Origin: Centroscyllium fabricii
Lineage: Eukaryota
Direction: 5' to 3'
Assembly (NCBI GenBank): GCA_051313645.2
Contig: JBNRSN020000002.1
Location: 166,904,001 to 166,968,000 of the forward strand
DNA: 64,000 bases
The translations under genes were made by a program, and so were the position numbers. Positions 28,497 through 40,061 of this stretch are shown piece by piece (within the stretch, counting starts at the first letter, position 1; each line of letters starts with the position of its first letter). Under the pieces are notes generated by a model. It searched no databases and had not been told where the DNA came from. It saw nothing but the letters and a program-made list of their open reading frames with translations.

Positions 28497-28550
28497 AATG
28501 GATCGGTAATTCTAGTCTCAAAGCAAGAAAACAGTGATAAAAATCATTAC

Positions 28551-28761
28551 CCGATTCAATAGTGTAAGTAACTTCTGCATTTTGGCCCTTATCTTTATCC
28601 AGTGCTGTAACCTGAAGCACCGCTGAGTCAATTGCAGCAGATTCATACACACGGCCAGTATAGGAAGAGCTAGTAAACCATGGTGTATGGTCATTGGTAT
28701 CTTCAACATTAATAATGACTCTCACGTAATTGCGTTTGACAGGAACATCTTGATCTCGAAC
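28551..28761 (-). CDS. FAT1: FAT1 exon (exon 9 equivalent)
   Basis: VRDQDVPVKRNYVRVIINVEDTNDHTPWF...YTIES; aag/gtaatg; 211 nt. Confidence 0.95.
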
Positions 28762-29861
28762 CTTGAGAAGAAATTTACAAATGAGTACACAACCACAAAA
28801 AGGATCAGTTGATAATCTCTTAACTCCTGTCCTGCCTAAAATCAGAATGGGGGCAAAACGGGCGAGAGCAAATCGGCAGTCCATTTTACACCATATCCCC
28901 ATTTTCAAGTCCATGATAAAGAAAATCGGATGGGGTATAAATGGGCTACCTATTCACTATTGCCAATTTGGCATTTTTGCCAATTTGACGCCCAGTGTTT
29001 GAACCGTAACAACAGCAAAGCCTTGCAAGTGGTGGTAGGCACAGGACTCGAACAATGCACAGAAAGTTTCTGTGGAAAGAACAGCATAATTATGCAAAAA
29101 AAAGTGGGAAGGATGGGAATATGTGACACACAAGGTCAGCACCATTTCTGCCACTTAGAGGTCCGGGCAGGACTGGATGAAAAGTCCTCACTTTAAAGAA
29201 CTGAAAGGTAAAGCATGAATAATAGTATAAACTGGGAACAGGTGAGCATTTATGGTCCTGAAGTAGAGTAGTAGTTAAATATATATGTACAGAAAAAAGT
29301 TAGCAAGGGTGTAGCAAGTACTTAAAGTAAAAAATAGGGAGTTTATGCAAATTACGAGATCTGTCACGATGGTGGAGAAAATATATTGAAACAAAGAGAT
29401 TTCCCAGGGTCCAAATCACCATTTTCAATCCTTACTGCTCTTATGTTTAAAGGAAAAAAAGGCACAAAATAGAAAAGTGCAAGAACAGACGGTGAAGCCC
29501 CAGACATGGTTGGGGTGGGGAGAAAATTGTAGAAGCCATTGGTGCTATGGCGATGACAGAAAAGGGTTGGACTAATTAGATGCATCTTAAAATCATATAT
29601 TGAAAGAATTATACAATACGTTACATCAGCATGTCCATATTTACTGATTATGTAGAAGCACGTACTACTACATATACTGACAATACAGTAAACAAATGGA
29701 TTCTGCATCTGTAATCATGTATGACCACCTGCTCTCCTCACAAAGCAAAGAGACCCCAGTGAATCACCAGCTGCATGCAAAGAGCACCGCACACTTGAGT
29801 ATCACTCCAATGGAAACATGGAGCAGTACAGATACACACAATAATGGAGAGCATTGGTGAG

Positions 29862-30234
29862 GAAACACAGAAGATAGGAGCAGGAGTAGGCCATTCGGCC
29901 CTTCGAGCCTGCTCCGCCATTTTGATGAGATCATGGCTGATCATCCCAACCCAGCACCCCCCTCCTACCCTCTCCCCATATCCCCCGACACCCCCAACTC
30001 TAAGAACTATATCTCACACACATACTCATGGGCAATTTTTTTTAGTATCTCCAATTCACCTAACCTGCATGTCTTTGGGTAGTGGGAGGAAACCGGAGTA
30101 CCCGGAGGAAACCCACACGAACACGGGGAGAACATGCAAACTCCACGCAGAGGTGTCTCGGGCCAAGCAGGATTCGAACCCAGGAGCTCCTTATTGCGAG
30201 GCAGCAGTGCTAATCACTGCGCCACCGTGTCGTC
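29862..30234 (-). mobile_element. V-SINE, second subfamily, full length
   Basis: Box B ggttcgaatcc, V-core, CR1-derived tail; inverted near-copy of 33875-34228. Confidence 0.88.
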
Positions 30235-30930
30235 CTACTGTGTGGAGGACTGTTGATGGTTGATGATACAGCTCGTACTAACAGAGATCCAGCATGCTGA
30301 TTGCTCCCACTGAGCTGTCGTGGCCCTGTGTTAATAAGGAGGCTAGTTCAGTAGCAGCACATTATTGAATAAACACTTCTCTCCTTGCACATGATTTTTG
30401 AAGGTAATCTGGATAGAGTGGATAAATCCAACACTCAGATATGCACCGCCATCACCCAAGAGTGCTGGCTGTTATCTGCACTGCAGTCTGCCTTTGCAGA
30501 AGTGGCAATAGTAGTGCATCTGCAGTGGAAACCTCACTTACATACATAGGTCATAGACACAGTAGGAGCCCTTCTCCTGAATGCTGCTATGGAGACTAAA
30601 CTCTAAGATGCAGTTATGGCTGTTTCAATTCATTTGGAGAATTGTTATAGGCAACTATGGTGGAAGGATTACAAAATCATAAATCTAGAGTGTACGATCG
30701 AAGCAATGAGTTCCAGACGTGGAAAAATATTCCAGTCGCTGATATTGCCGTCCCTCACCCTGATGAGAACCAAACCAGCCCTTCAACTTGCTGCCTGTAG
30801 TCAATCATAATTGGTGAAAGATGGAAATAAGTCATGCAATGTATATAATAGTATTATTAAAAGCATTGGCTGTGATAAAAGATGAAATGTGTCAAGAAAA
30901 TATATTTGCACTGAAGAGTATTAAACTCAC

Positions 30931-31206
30931 CATTATAGTAAGCACATGCTGATGCTTGGTCTCATGGTCCAGCCTTTCAGCTGTAAAGAGAACTCCAGTA
31001 CCAGGATCCAGCCTAAATTTTTTCAGACTGCTTGGATCTGTGCTGCTTTGAAGAGTGTAAATCAACTTGTTCTTCTCATCTTCATCAGTGGCACTAACTT
31101 GCAGAATTATTGCATCAGGAATTGTGTCTTCTGGGATATTTACTTCATATTTTGGTTTTGAAAACTCAGGTCGATGGTCATTTGTATCAATCACTTTAAT
31201 GTATAC
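30931..31206 (-). CDS. FAT1: FAT1 exon (exon 8 equivalent)
   Basis: [22 protein letters not shown]...HQHVLTIM; cag/gtgagt; 276 nt. Confidence 0.95.
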
Positions 31207-31264
31207 CTGAAATTAAATAAAATGTTACATTTGACAACTGTAATTCCATTACATTTCTTTAGTA

Positions 31265-31922
31265 CAGGTTGTGCACCGAAAATCCGTGTCCCTAAAAGCC
31301 GGCAGCTTCAGTTTGCCGGCACAAATTGCCCCGACTGCACTGCGCATGCGCAAGATGGCAGCCGCCATCGCGGCTTCGGCGAATGATCTGCGCATGCGCC
31401 GATCATTCAAAACGGCTGCCGGGTGTTTTGAATGATCTGCGCATGCGTCGCCTGACGGCCAGCGCATGCGCAGATAATTCAATACGGCCGCCGGTTATTT
31501 TCTCGACAGCTGAGTCCCTTGACTGAGGCGGACAGTCACTAGGCAACAGCTGTCAGCCTGAGTCCGGCTCGGCGGCAGCAGCAACCCCAAAGGCGATGGA
31601 GAGGGAAGGCCGACCTACTGGGCCCGACCCGCGCCCGCACAACCCTCCTTCCCCCCGCTGCAAGACCGGCCTTTCACTGCTGCCCGACAGCCCTAAAAGG
31701 CAAACGGAACGCCACACAAGCCTGAGCCCCTCAAAAAACTTTGCGGCGGCCATTATTGGTTGATCTGCGCATGCGCGCACCAGCCAATCCCAATGTTGTG
31801 CGCATGCGCGCGGCCATTTTGAATGGTGCGCATGCGCAGTGACCAACTTTGTTCTCCCGGTTTTTTCAGTTTCCCGGCACGGGCCAGGTCCCGCCCGTGG
31901 CGGATTAATGGTGCACAACCTG
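31265..31922. mobile_element. TA-flanked MITE family A
   Basis: 13-bp perfect TIR CAGGTTGTGCACC, TA duplication. Confidence 0.93.
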
Positions 31923-32865
31923 TATATCAAGAGGAACTCACAATACAACAGCAGCTCTCATCATTCTTTATGGCTTTAATCACCAAGTCAGTGATGCAGC
32001 AAGATTGTTAGAATTTTATATGTTTTACAAAATGAACCATAGATACTTAGATTGCTTACTATATTTTTCAAAATTCTAATCATCTGAAAAGAGTACTTAG
32101 ATAAACAGGTTAGGTGAATGAGTTAAAGCAACACATCTATCTATGAAAGCCCACAAATGAAAATCTAAATGGTTTATAATTACCAGATTACAATTTCTAT
32201 TTTAAATAGCTTTATTTATTTTCCCTCTTTCTCCTGAGAATTGTCATTAACAAGATTTAGTGCATTCTTAAGTACTTAAACTGTTAACAAACTATGCTTA
32301 AATCATGAAAAATCCAAAATATTGTTATTCAGAAACTCCTTATACAGTATTCAGCTGTTGACTCCCAAACATTTCCAGAACTTTAGATAACACAGCATGC
32401 CTGTCTTCACTAGCATTCCATTGCCTCCCACTGCTGAGGGCAGATGTGTTGCTGACTACAGCAATTCACTTCTAAAAAAAAATGTTTGTTCAGCCAGTCA
32501 GAAAGATGAACAAAAACTGCATATCACTGAAAATCACAATGACATCATACGTGGCTTATCTTGAATTAGTTCATTTATTAAGTATGCAAGGAATGCTTCG
32601 CTCTATACAGTGATCAGCTTTCTAAATTCCATACTGTTCTAATGCTCGTTATACTTACAAGTACTTTTGCCAAATGATGCTTACTGAACTGATGCTTACA
32701 GCAGTACCAATCCAGTTTCCTTTGAAACTTGGAATGCTAGTGCACATATGCAATATCATGCCAAGTTTCAGAAGAAACTGGAGCACCCAGCGTGCATGAT
32801 TTGTCATCCACCTGTACACACATCTATTTGTTGGTATGAATTTAATTGTGAGGGGAGGGATTTTG

Positions 32866-33415
32866 TCAAGTTCAAGTTTACTTTATTTCTCACATACATC
32901 ATTATACATGTACAGAGTGTAGTGAAATGATTAGTCGCAAGCTCCATGCCTGTGCTCTCTGGATAACAATAAATACAAATAATAATTACACGAAGAAAAA
33001 GGCATTCAATCATCAGGGAGCAGTATACCGACCCTTGGCAGCGTCTTCATTTAGGATCCGGATGGCTTGGGGAGAAAAGCTCCTCCTAAGCCTCTCGGTG
33101 TTGGTCTTAATGCTGCGGTAGCGTTTTCCTGACCGCAGCAGTGAGAAGAGGCCGTTGTTCGGGTGACTAGGATACTTAATGACCTTCTTAGCCTTAGTCA
33201 TGCACCACCTGGTGTAGATATCCTGCAGGTTAGGGAGTGCACCCCTGGTGGTACGTTCTGCCGACCGTACTAGCCTCTGCAGGGCCCTACGGTCTTGTTT
33301 AATGCTGTTACCATACCAGACAGTGATGCTCCCCGACAGGATACTCTCAATAATACATTTATAAAAGTTGTTCAGTATTTGGGGGGACATTCTAAATTTC
33401 CTCAGGCTTCTGAGA
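32866..33415 (-). mobile_element. Rex1/Babar-type LINE 3' fragment
   Basis: FYKCIIESILSGSITVWYGN...PSHPNNGLFSLLRSGKRYRS...SFSPQAIRILN; AATAAA followed by cttgaacttga tail. Confidence 0.8.
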
Positions 33416-33874
33416 TGGTCTCATGATAATAAGTGGATACACTGGTGTCTATAACATGTCAAGTTATCATGTTGCACATCAGCTTCTGGAACACGGTGCT
33501 AGATGCAGCTGCCAGAATGGAATCAGCATACCACTAGAAGGTCAGACCACCTACAAGAGGGGGTATTGTTTGTAACACTCTAGCGGTGCCGATTTCAGAT
33601 TCAGCAATTTGAATCTGGTAGCAGATTAACCCTCTTCCCACCCCTGTCCCCCCGCCCTCCAGCACAATCTATGGGATTTGGGGCCTTCTGGCTGCTGCTC
33701 TCTAGCAATAGCTAGTATCCAGAAAGCCAAGATGTCAGGTCAGGAGCGCAGCTGCACACCTACACTTAGTTTCCAATGCTTCTCCTGTCCTCCTGCAGAA
33801 AGCTGTGCTGGTTTAGTGCCCAGCTGCAGCTCGCAAAAGAAAATGGGCCCTAATATTTTATTCTAATGCTAAAA

Positions 33875-34228
33875 GGTTAGCACTGCTGCCTTGCAATAAG
33901 GAACTCCTGGGTTCGAATCCTGCTTGGCCCGGGACCCCTCTGCGTGGAGTTTGCATGTTCTCCCCGTGTTCGTGTGGGTTTCCTCCGGGTACTCCGGTTT
34001 CCTCCCACCACCCAAAGACATGCAGGTTAGGTGAATTGGAGATACTAAAAAAAAATTGCCAATGAGTAGGTGTGTGAGATATAGTTCTTAGAGTTGGGGA
34101 TGTCGGAGGATATGGGGAGAGAGTAGGAGGGGGGTGCTGGGTTTGGATGATCAGCCATGATCTCATCAAAATGGCGGAGCAGGGTCGAAGGGCCCAACGG
34201 CCTACTCCTGCTCCTATCTTCTGTGTAT
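33875..34228 (+). mobile_element. V-SINE, second subfamily
   Basis: Matches 29862-30234 in inverted orientation. Confidence 0.87.
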
Positions 34229-34342
34229 GTATGCATCTCTTAAGGCTAAGAAAATTAGGTGATTTCATATAGAGATCAATCAAGAAACTTTAGACATTCT
34301 GGCTCTGATATTTTCTGATACTGGAGCGTTCATTTGTTACTA

Positions 34343-35029
34343 CAGGTTGTGCACCATTAACCCGGCACGGGCGGGACCAGGCCCATGCCAGGAAAGTGGG
34401 AAAACCGGGAGAATGAAGTTGGACAATGCGCATGTGCGCACCATTCAAAATGGCCGCATGCATGCGCACAACATTGGGAATGGCTGGCGCGCGCATGTGC
34501 AGATCATCCAATAATGGCCGCCGCGAAGTTTTTTGAGGGGCTCAGGCTTTTGTGGCGTTCCGTTTGGCTTTTAGGGCTGTCGGGCAGCAGTGAAAGGCCG
34601 GTCTTGCAGGGGGGGGGGGGAAGGAGGGTTGTGCGGGCGCGGGTCGGGCCCAGTAGGTCGGCCTTCCCTCTCCATCGCCTTTGGGGTTGCTGCTGCCGCC
34701 GAGCCGGACTCAGGCTGACAGCTGCTGCCTGGTGACTGTCCGCCTCAGTCAAGGGGCTCAGCTGTCGAGAAAATAACCGCCGGCCGTATTGAATGATCTG
34801 CGCATGCGCTAGCCATCCGGCGACGCTTGCGCAGATCATTCAAAACACCTGGCAGCCGTTTTGAATGATCTGCGCATGCGCTCGCCGTTCAGTGGCGCCT
34901 GCGCAGATCATTCGCCGAAGCCGCGATGGCGGCTGCCATCTTGCGCATGCGCAGTGCAGTCGGGGCAATTTGTGCCGGCAGACAGAAGCTGCCGGCGTTT
35001 CGGGTCACGGATTTTCGGTGCACAACCTG
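34343..35029. mobile_element. TA-flanked MITE family A (inverted relative to 31265-31922)
   Basis: TA|CAGGTTGTGCACC...GGTGCACAACCTG|TA. Confidence 0.93.
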
Positions 35030-36214
35030 TATATATATTTTGAATATGCCACTTGAAGTGTGACAGCGAAGTATGGCAGACAGGAAATATATGCTAGACG
35101 TACCAAAGTAAAAATATTACCACCAGATCTCTTGTGGCATTGCTCATGGTGAATCAAAGGTTTTATAACAATAACCTGTAACATTAAATGTGTTTTCAGG
35201 GCCACTGACTTATAGTGATCAAACAAGTTAAATTCCATATTTACTGCATGGCATTTTGGGCACTGAATTTTGAAATTCTGTTCAGTCTTTCAACAAAACC
35301 ATAAATGAGTGGCCTCCCTCACTCTTTAAGCTATGTATTTAATTTTTTTTACTTCTGATCTTTCTCTAAAGTGCAGTATACACAGGAACATGGCAAGTAA
35401 CATGTAGCCAATTGGAGGCATCTATGTGGAGTTTAGCAACAGTGGACAAGCGGATTGTGGGGTATAGCAGCAGTTATAGGGGTTTCTGGACTTTGATGGA
35501 TGGTTCTGAAAGTAGCACTGTGTAGATGAGGGTTGGGGTTTGGTAGTATTGGTTAATGCAATTTGTGGTATGGTTTATACAGTGATTCCCAGGGTCTGTT
35601 GGTTGGGGGGGGCAACATGGCTCGGCAACATATGGGGGAGGGGGTCCCGGATGTGGCAGCATGAGAAGGTGCTGAGGCCTTGAATACTGCAAAAGGGTAT
35701 TGGGTGATCATACTTGTATCTAGGAGCATTAGAGGGAGGTCAGTACTGGGGGCAGAGGGTCTCAGGATGTAGCATCGCTGGAGGGAGCTGATAAAGCTGG
35801 TAACATTGGGGGAAATGAAAGTGTCTAGGAGTGCTGGTATGGGTGGTCCTGGGGCCTCATAGCATTGGAAAGGGGCATCCTGGGGTTTGTGAGTACAGTA
35901 GGGGGGCTCCCCACAGTTTGAAAGGAAGAATAATTAATTCTCTTCACTCCCCAAAACTGAGTTCTTCCCCAGCAATGATCTGGGAAAACCTATAGTATTT
36001 TAACGAGATATTTTGCTGAGTATACTTATTTTATATGAAAAGGTTTCCCCATCAGTGAGCTGTTGGAGAAACACTTTCAGCAATCTTGTCTTCCTGTCCC
36101 AGAGTGTGAAAAGCTGGTCATGATCAAGAACTGACTCAAAGTTCCTTGAACAATTTCAGCACGCTGGAGACTCTGTTCCTCCAAAGGTCTCCTGTGCAAG
36201 CTCCCATTATCCAC

Positions 36215-36590
36215 CTTCTATCAACGTCAGCTCATTCAAAACTCTGCTACCCATATCTTATGCTGCATTTTCCATCGCCTCGTCCTCGCTGACCTACATT
36301 GGTTCTTGGTTTCCCAAAGTCTCTAATTTAAAGCTCTGATCCTTGTGTTTAAATTGCTCCATAGCCTCAACGCTCCCTATCTCTAACTTCCTCCAGCCCA
36401 ACCTCTGGAATTCCCATCCCAAACCATTCTACCTCTCCACCTTCTCCTTTAAGACCTCCTTAAAACCTACCTTTTAGAACAAGCATTTCAATACTCCTCC
36501 TAATCTTTCCTTTGGCTTGGCCTCTGAATCTCCTTGGGATATTTTTCATCATTAAAAGTTCTACATATGATGTGCACGCTATACACAAGA
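36215..36590 (+). mobile_element. Decayed L2 LINE 3' fragment
   Basis: IQNSA, LHW and FKxLILVFK coding remnants; tttaagacctccttaaaacctacc end motif. Confidence 0.6.
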
Positions 36591-36752
36591 CTTTTAATAT
36601 ACCCTGTACTTGCAAGTTATTTTCACGGGTTTTTCCCAATCCCTGCCATAGCTTCAACATGAAGACCAATGGAAATCCTGGAAAAATGGTATAAACATTC
36701 ATTTACGCCATTTCTCCATAGTTTCCCGCGATCTTCCATTGAAGTAATGGCA

Positions 36753-38745
36753 GGAGCTGTGTGCTGAGAAACGCAGAGTCCAGCCAGCTGGGAGCCTGAG
36801 GCGCAGAAAAAGGACAGGTAACTTTCCTTCCAGGGGAGCTGTAACTTTCCTTCCAGGGGAGCTGAGCTAACGCTGCTTCAGGGGAGCTGAGCCAGGAGAG
36901 AAGGACAGGTAACTTTCCTTTCCTTCCAGGGGAGCTGAGCTAGCGTTGCTTCAGGGAAACGGAGCCAGGAGAGCTGAGCCAGCGCGGGCTTTTTTAAAAA
37001 GCCGTTCAGCAGCGTCGCCGAGGAGCGGGGGGCGGGACAAGTCTCTGCAAGTCTCGTGGGACTTTCTTTGCAGTATAAAAGGGGAGCTGTGTGCTGAGAA
37101 ACGCAGAGTCCAGCCAGCTGGGAGCCTGAGGCGCAGAAAAAGGACAGGTAACTTTCCTTCCAGGGGAGCTGTAACTTTCCTTCCAGGGGAGCTGAGCTAA
37201 CGCTGCTTCAGGGGAGCTGAGCCAGGAGAAAAGGACAGGTAACTTTCCTTTCCTTCCAGGGGAGCTGAGCTAGCATTGCTTCAGGGAAACGGAGCCAGGA
37301 GAGCTGAGCCAGCGCGGGCTTTTTTAAAAAGCCGTTCAGCAGCGTCGCCGAGGAGCGGGGGGCGGGACAAGTCTCTGCAAGTCTCGTGGGACTTTCTTTG
37401 CAGTATAAAAGGGGAGCTGTGTGCTGAGAAACGCAGAGTCCAGCCAGCTGGGAGCCTGAGGCGCAGAAAAAGGACAGGTAACTTTCCTTCCAGGGGAGCT
37501 GTAACTTTCCTTCCAGGGGAGCTGAGCTAACGCTGCTTCAGGGGAGCTGAGCCAGGAGAGAAGGACAGGTAACTTTCCTTTCCTTCCAGGGGAGCTGAGC
37601 TAGCGTTGCTTCAGGGAAACGGAGCCAGGAGAGCTGAGCCAGCGCGGGCTTTTTTAAAAAGCCGTTCAGCAGCGTCGCCGAGGAGCGGGGGGCGGGACAA
37701 GTCTCTGCAAGTCTCGTGGGACTTTCTTTGCAGTATAAAAGGGGAGCTGTGTGCTGAGAAACGCAGAGTCCAGCCAGCTGGGAGCCTGAGGCGCAGAAAA
37801 AGGACAGGTAACTTTCCTTCCAGGGGAGCTGTAACTTTCCTTCCAGGGGAGCTGAGCTAACGCTGCTTCAGGGGAGCTGAGCCAGGAGAAAAGGACAGGT
37901 AACTTTCCTTTCCTTCCAGGGGAGCTGAGCTAGCATTGCTTCAGGGAAACGGAGCCAGGAGAGCTGAGCCAGCGCGGGCTTTTTTAAAAAGCCGTTCAGC
38001 AGCGTCGCCGAGGAGCGGGGGGCGGGACAAGTCTCTGCAAGTCTCGTGGGACTTTCTTTGCAGTATAAAAGGGGAGCTGTGTGCTGAGAAACGCAGAGTC
38101 CAGCCAGCTGGGAGCCTGAGGCGCAGAAAAAGGACAGGTAACTTTCCTTCCAGGGGAGCTGTAACTTTCCTTCCAGGGGAGCTGAGCTAACGCTGCTTCA
38201 GGGGAGCTGAGCCAGGAGAGAAGGACAGGTAACTTTCCTTTCCTTCCAGGGGAGCTGAGCTAGCGTTGCTTCAGGGAAACGGAGCCAGGAGAGCTGAGCC
38301 AGCGCGGGCTTTTTTAAAAAGCCGTTCAGCAGCGTCGCCGAGGAGCGGGGGGCGGGACAAGTCTCTGCAAGTCTCGTGGGACTTTCTTTGCAGTATAAAA
38401 GGGGAGCTGTGTGCTGAGAAACGCAGAGTCCAGCCAGCTGGGAGCCTGAGGCGCAGAAAAAGGACAGGTAACTTTCCTTCCAGGGGAGCTGTAACTTTCC
38501 TTCCAGGGGAGCTGAGCTAACGCTGCTTCAGGGGAGCTGAGCCAGGAGAAAAGGACAGGTAACTTTCCTTTCCTTCCAGGGGAGCTGAGCTAGCATTGCT
38601 TCAGGGAAACGGAGCCAGGAGAGCTGAGCCAGCGCGGGCTTTTTTAAAAAGCCGTTCAGCAGCGTCGCCGAGGAGCGGGGGGCGGGACAAGTCTCTGCAA
38701 GTCTCGTGGGACTTTCTTTGCAGTATAAAAGGGGAGCTGTGTGCT
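36753..38745 (+). repeat. Six tandem 330-bp monomers plus 13 nt, each with GC box and TATA box
   Basis: Exact period 330; GGGGCGGG at 37029 and TATAAAA at 37074, recurring every 330 bp. Confidence 0.97.
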
Positions 38746-39062
38746 AAACCCGAAACACTACGTGGTAGTGTTTCCCACCCTTCCATCCTCCTCTAACCTT
38801 AGGGGGTTAGAGCGATTTTAAAAAAGGTAAGTTCAAATTATTTTATTTTCAGGAGCCCAACCTAGGTGGAAAGGGTTCCAGGACAGAGAAAAACCTTCAC
38901 AACAGGATCAAGGGACTGGTGAGTACTTTCCTCAAACTTTTCTAAAAACTACTAAAAGTAGTGGGATTCAGTAAATCTAAAAAGGAAACGAAGGGTACTT
39001 TATAGACCGGTCTAAAGTCAGAGTAGATTAAGTCTACTAGAACAAGGGATTTAAGATATAAA

Positions 39063-40022
39063 ATGGGAGACATGGCAGTGCAGGCCATCGCAGTCATATG
39101 CTCCACCTGTAATATGTGGGAATTCAGGGGCCCGGACGGGGCCCCTGAAGTACACGTATGCAGGAAATGCATCCATCTACAGATCTTAGCCGACCGCATG
39201 GCGGCGCTGGAGCTGCGGATGGAAGCATTATGGGGCGTAGACAGCGATGAGCGGGTCGTGGACAGCACGTTTGAGAGGGTGGTCACACCAAAGACTAGAG
39301 TAGACCAGATAGAAGGAAATTGGGTGACCACCAAGAGGAGTGCCAGAGTGAGGAAGGAAGTGCAGGGAACCCCTGTGGCCGTCCCCCTGTCCAACAGTTA
39401 TACCGCTTTGGATACTGTGGAGGGGGAGGACCTACCAGGGGAGGGCAGCAGCAGCCTACTTCCTGGCACTAGGGGTGCTGGGGCTGCCCAGAATGGGAGG
39501 GAAACTAGTGTGCCAGCAGTAGTAATAGGGGATTCAATCGTAAGGGGCACAGAGAGGCGGTTCTGCGGCCGCAGACGTGACACCAGGATGGTTACTTGCC
39601 TCCCTGGTGCCAGGGTCCGGGATGTCACGGATCGGCTGCAGGACATCTTGAGGGGGGAGGGGAACCAGGTAGAAGTTGTGGTCCACATTGGCACCAACGA
39701 CATAGGACAAAAGGGGGACGAGGTCCTGCAAAGAGAATTTAGGGAGCTGGGTAAAAAGCTAAAAAGCAGGACCCCAAAGGTTGTAATCTCTGGATTACTC
39801 CCAGTGCCACGAGCTAGTGAGTATAGGAACCGTAAGATAGAGCAGCTTAATTCGTGGCTAAGAAGTTGGTGTAGGAAGGAGGGTTTCAGCTTTTTGGACA
39901 ATTGGTCTTGCTTCTGGGGTAAGTGGAACCTGTACATGCAGGACGGGTTGCACCTGAACCGGAATGGGACCAATATCCTTGCGGGAAGGTTTGATAGTCG
40001 GGTTGGGGTGGGTTTAAACTAA
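39063..40022 (+). CDS. CR1 ORF1p: N-terminal Cys zinc finger/coiled coil plus SGNH/GDSL esterase domain
   Basis: CxxC...CxxC; VIGDSIVR, PGA, HIGTND and DGLHLN blocks; intact 319 aa. Confidence 0.93.
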   Translation: MGDMAVQAIAVICSTCNMWEFRGPDGAPEVHVCRKCIHLQILADRMAALELRMEALWGVDSDERVVDSTFERVVTPKTRVDQIEGNWVTTKRSARVRKEVQGTPVAVPLSNSYTALDTVEGEDLPGEGSSSLLPGTRGAGAAQNGRETSVPAVVIGDSIVRGTERRFCGRRRDTRMVTCLPGARVRDVTDRLQDILRGEGNQVEVVVHIGTNDIGQKGDEVLQREFRELGKKLKSRTPKVVISGLLPVPRASEYRNRKIEQLNSWLRSWCRKEGFSFLDNWSCFWGKWNLYMQDGLHLNRNGTNILAGRFDSRVGVGLN

Positions 40023-40061
40023 ATTGGCAGGGGGGGGGGGGGGACCCAGAGTGAAGGCATA

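Noticed and set aside
36753-38745. LTRs of a retrovirus or LTR retrotransposon
   Set aside because: No TG...CA ends, no copy at the 3' end, and the body is an APE-RT LINE
38730-38775. Hammerhead ribozyme at the CR1 5' end
   Set aside because: A GAAA-led hairpin is present but there is no upstream CUGAnGA box
36946-38796. Repeated 84-aa ORFs
   Set aside because: They start at TTG, arise from the 330-bp monomers and show no recognisable domain
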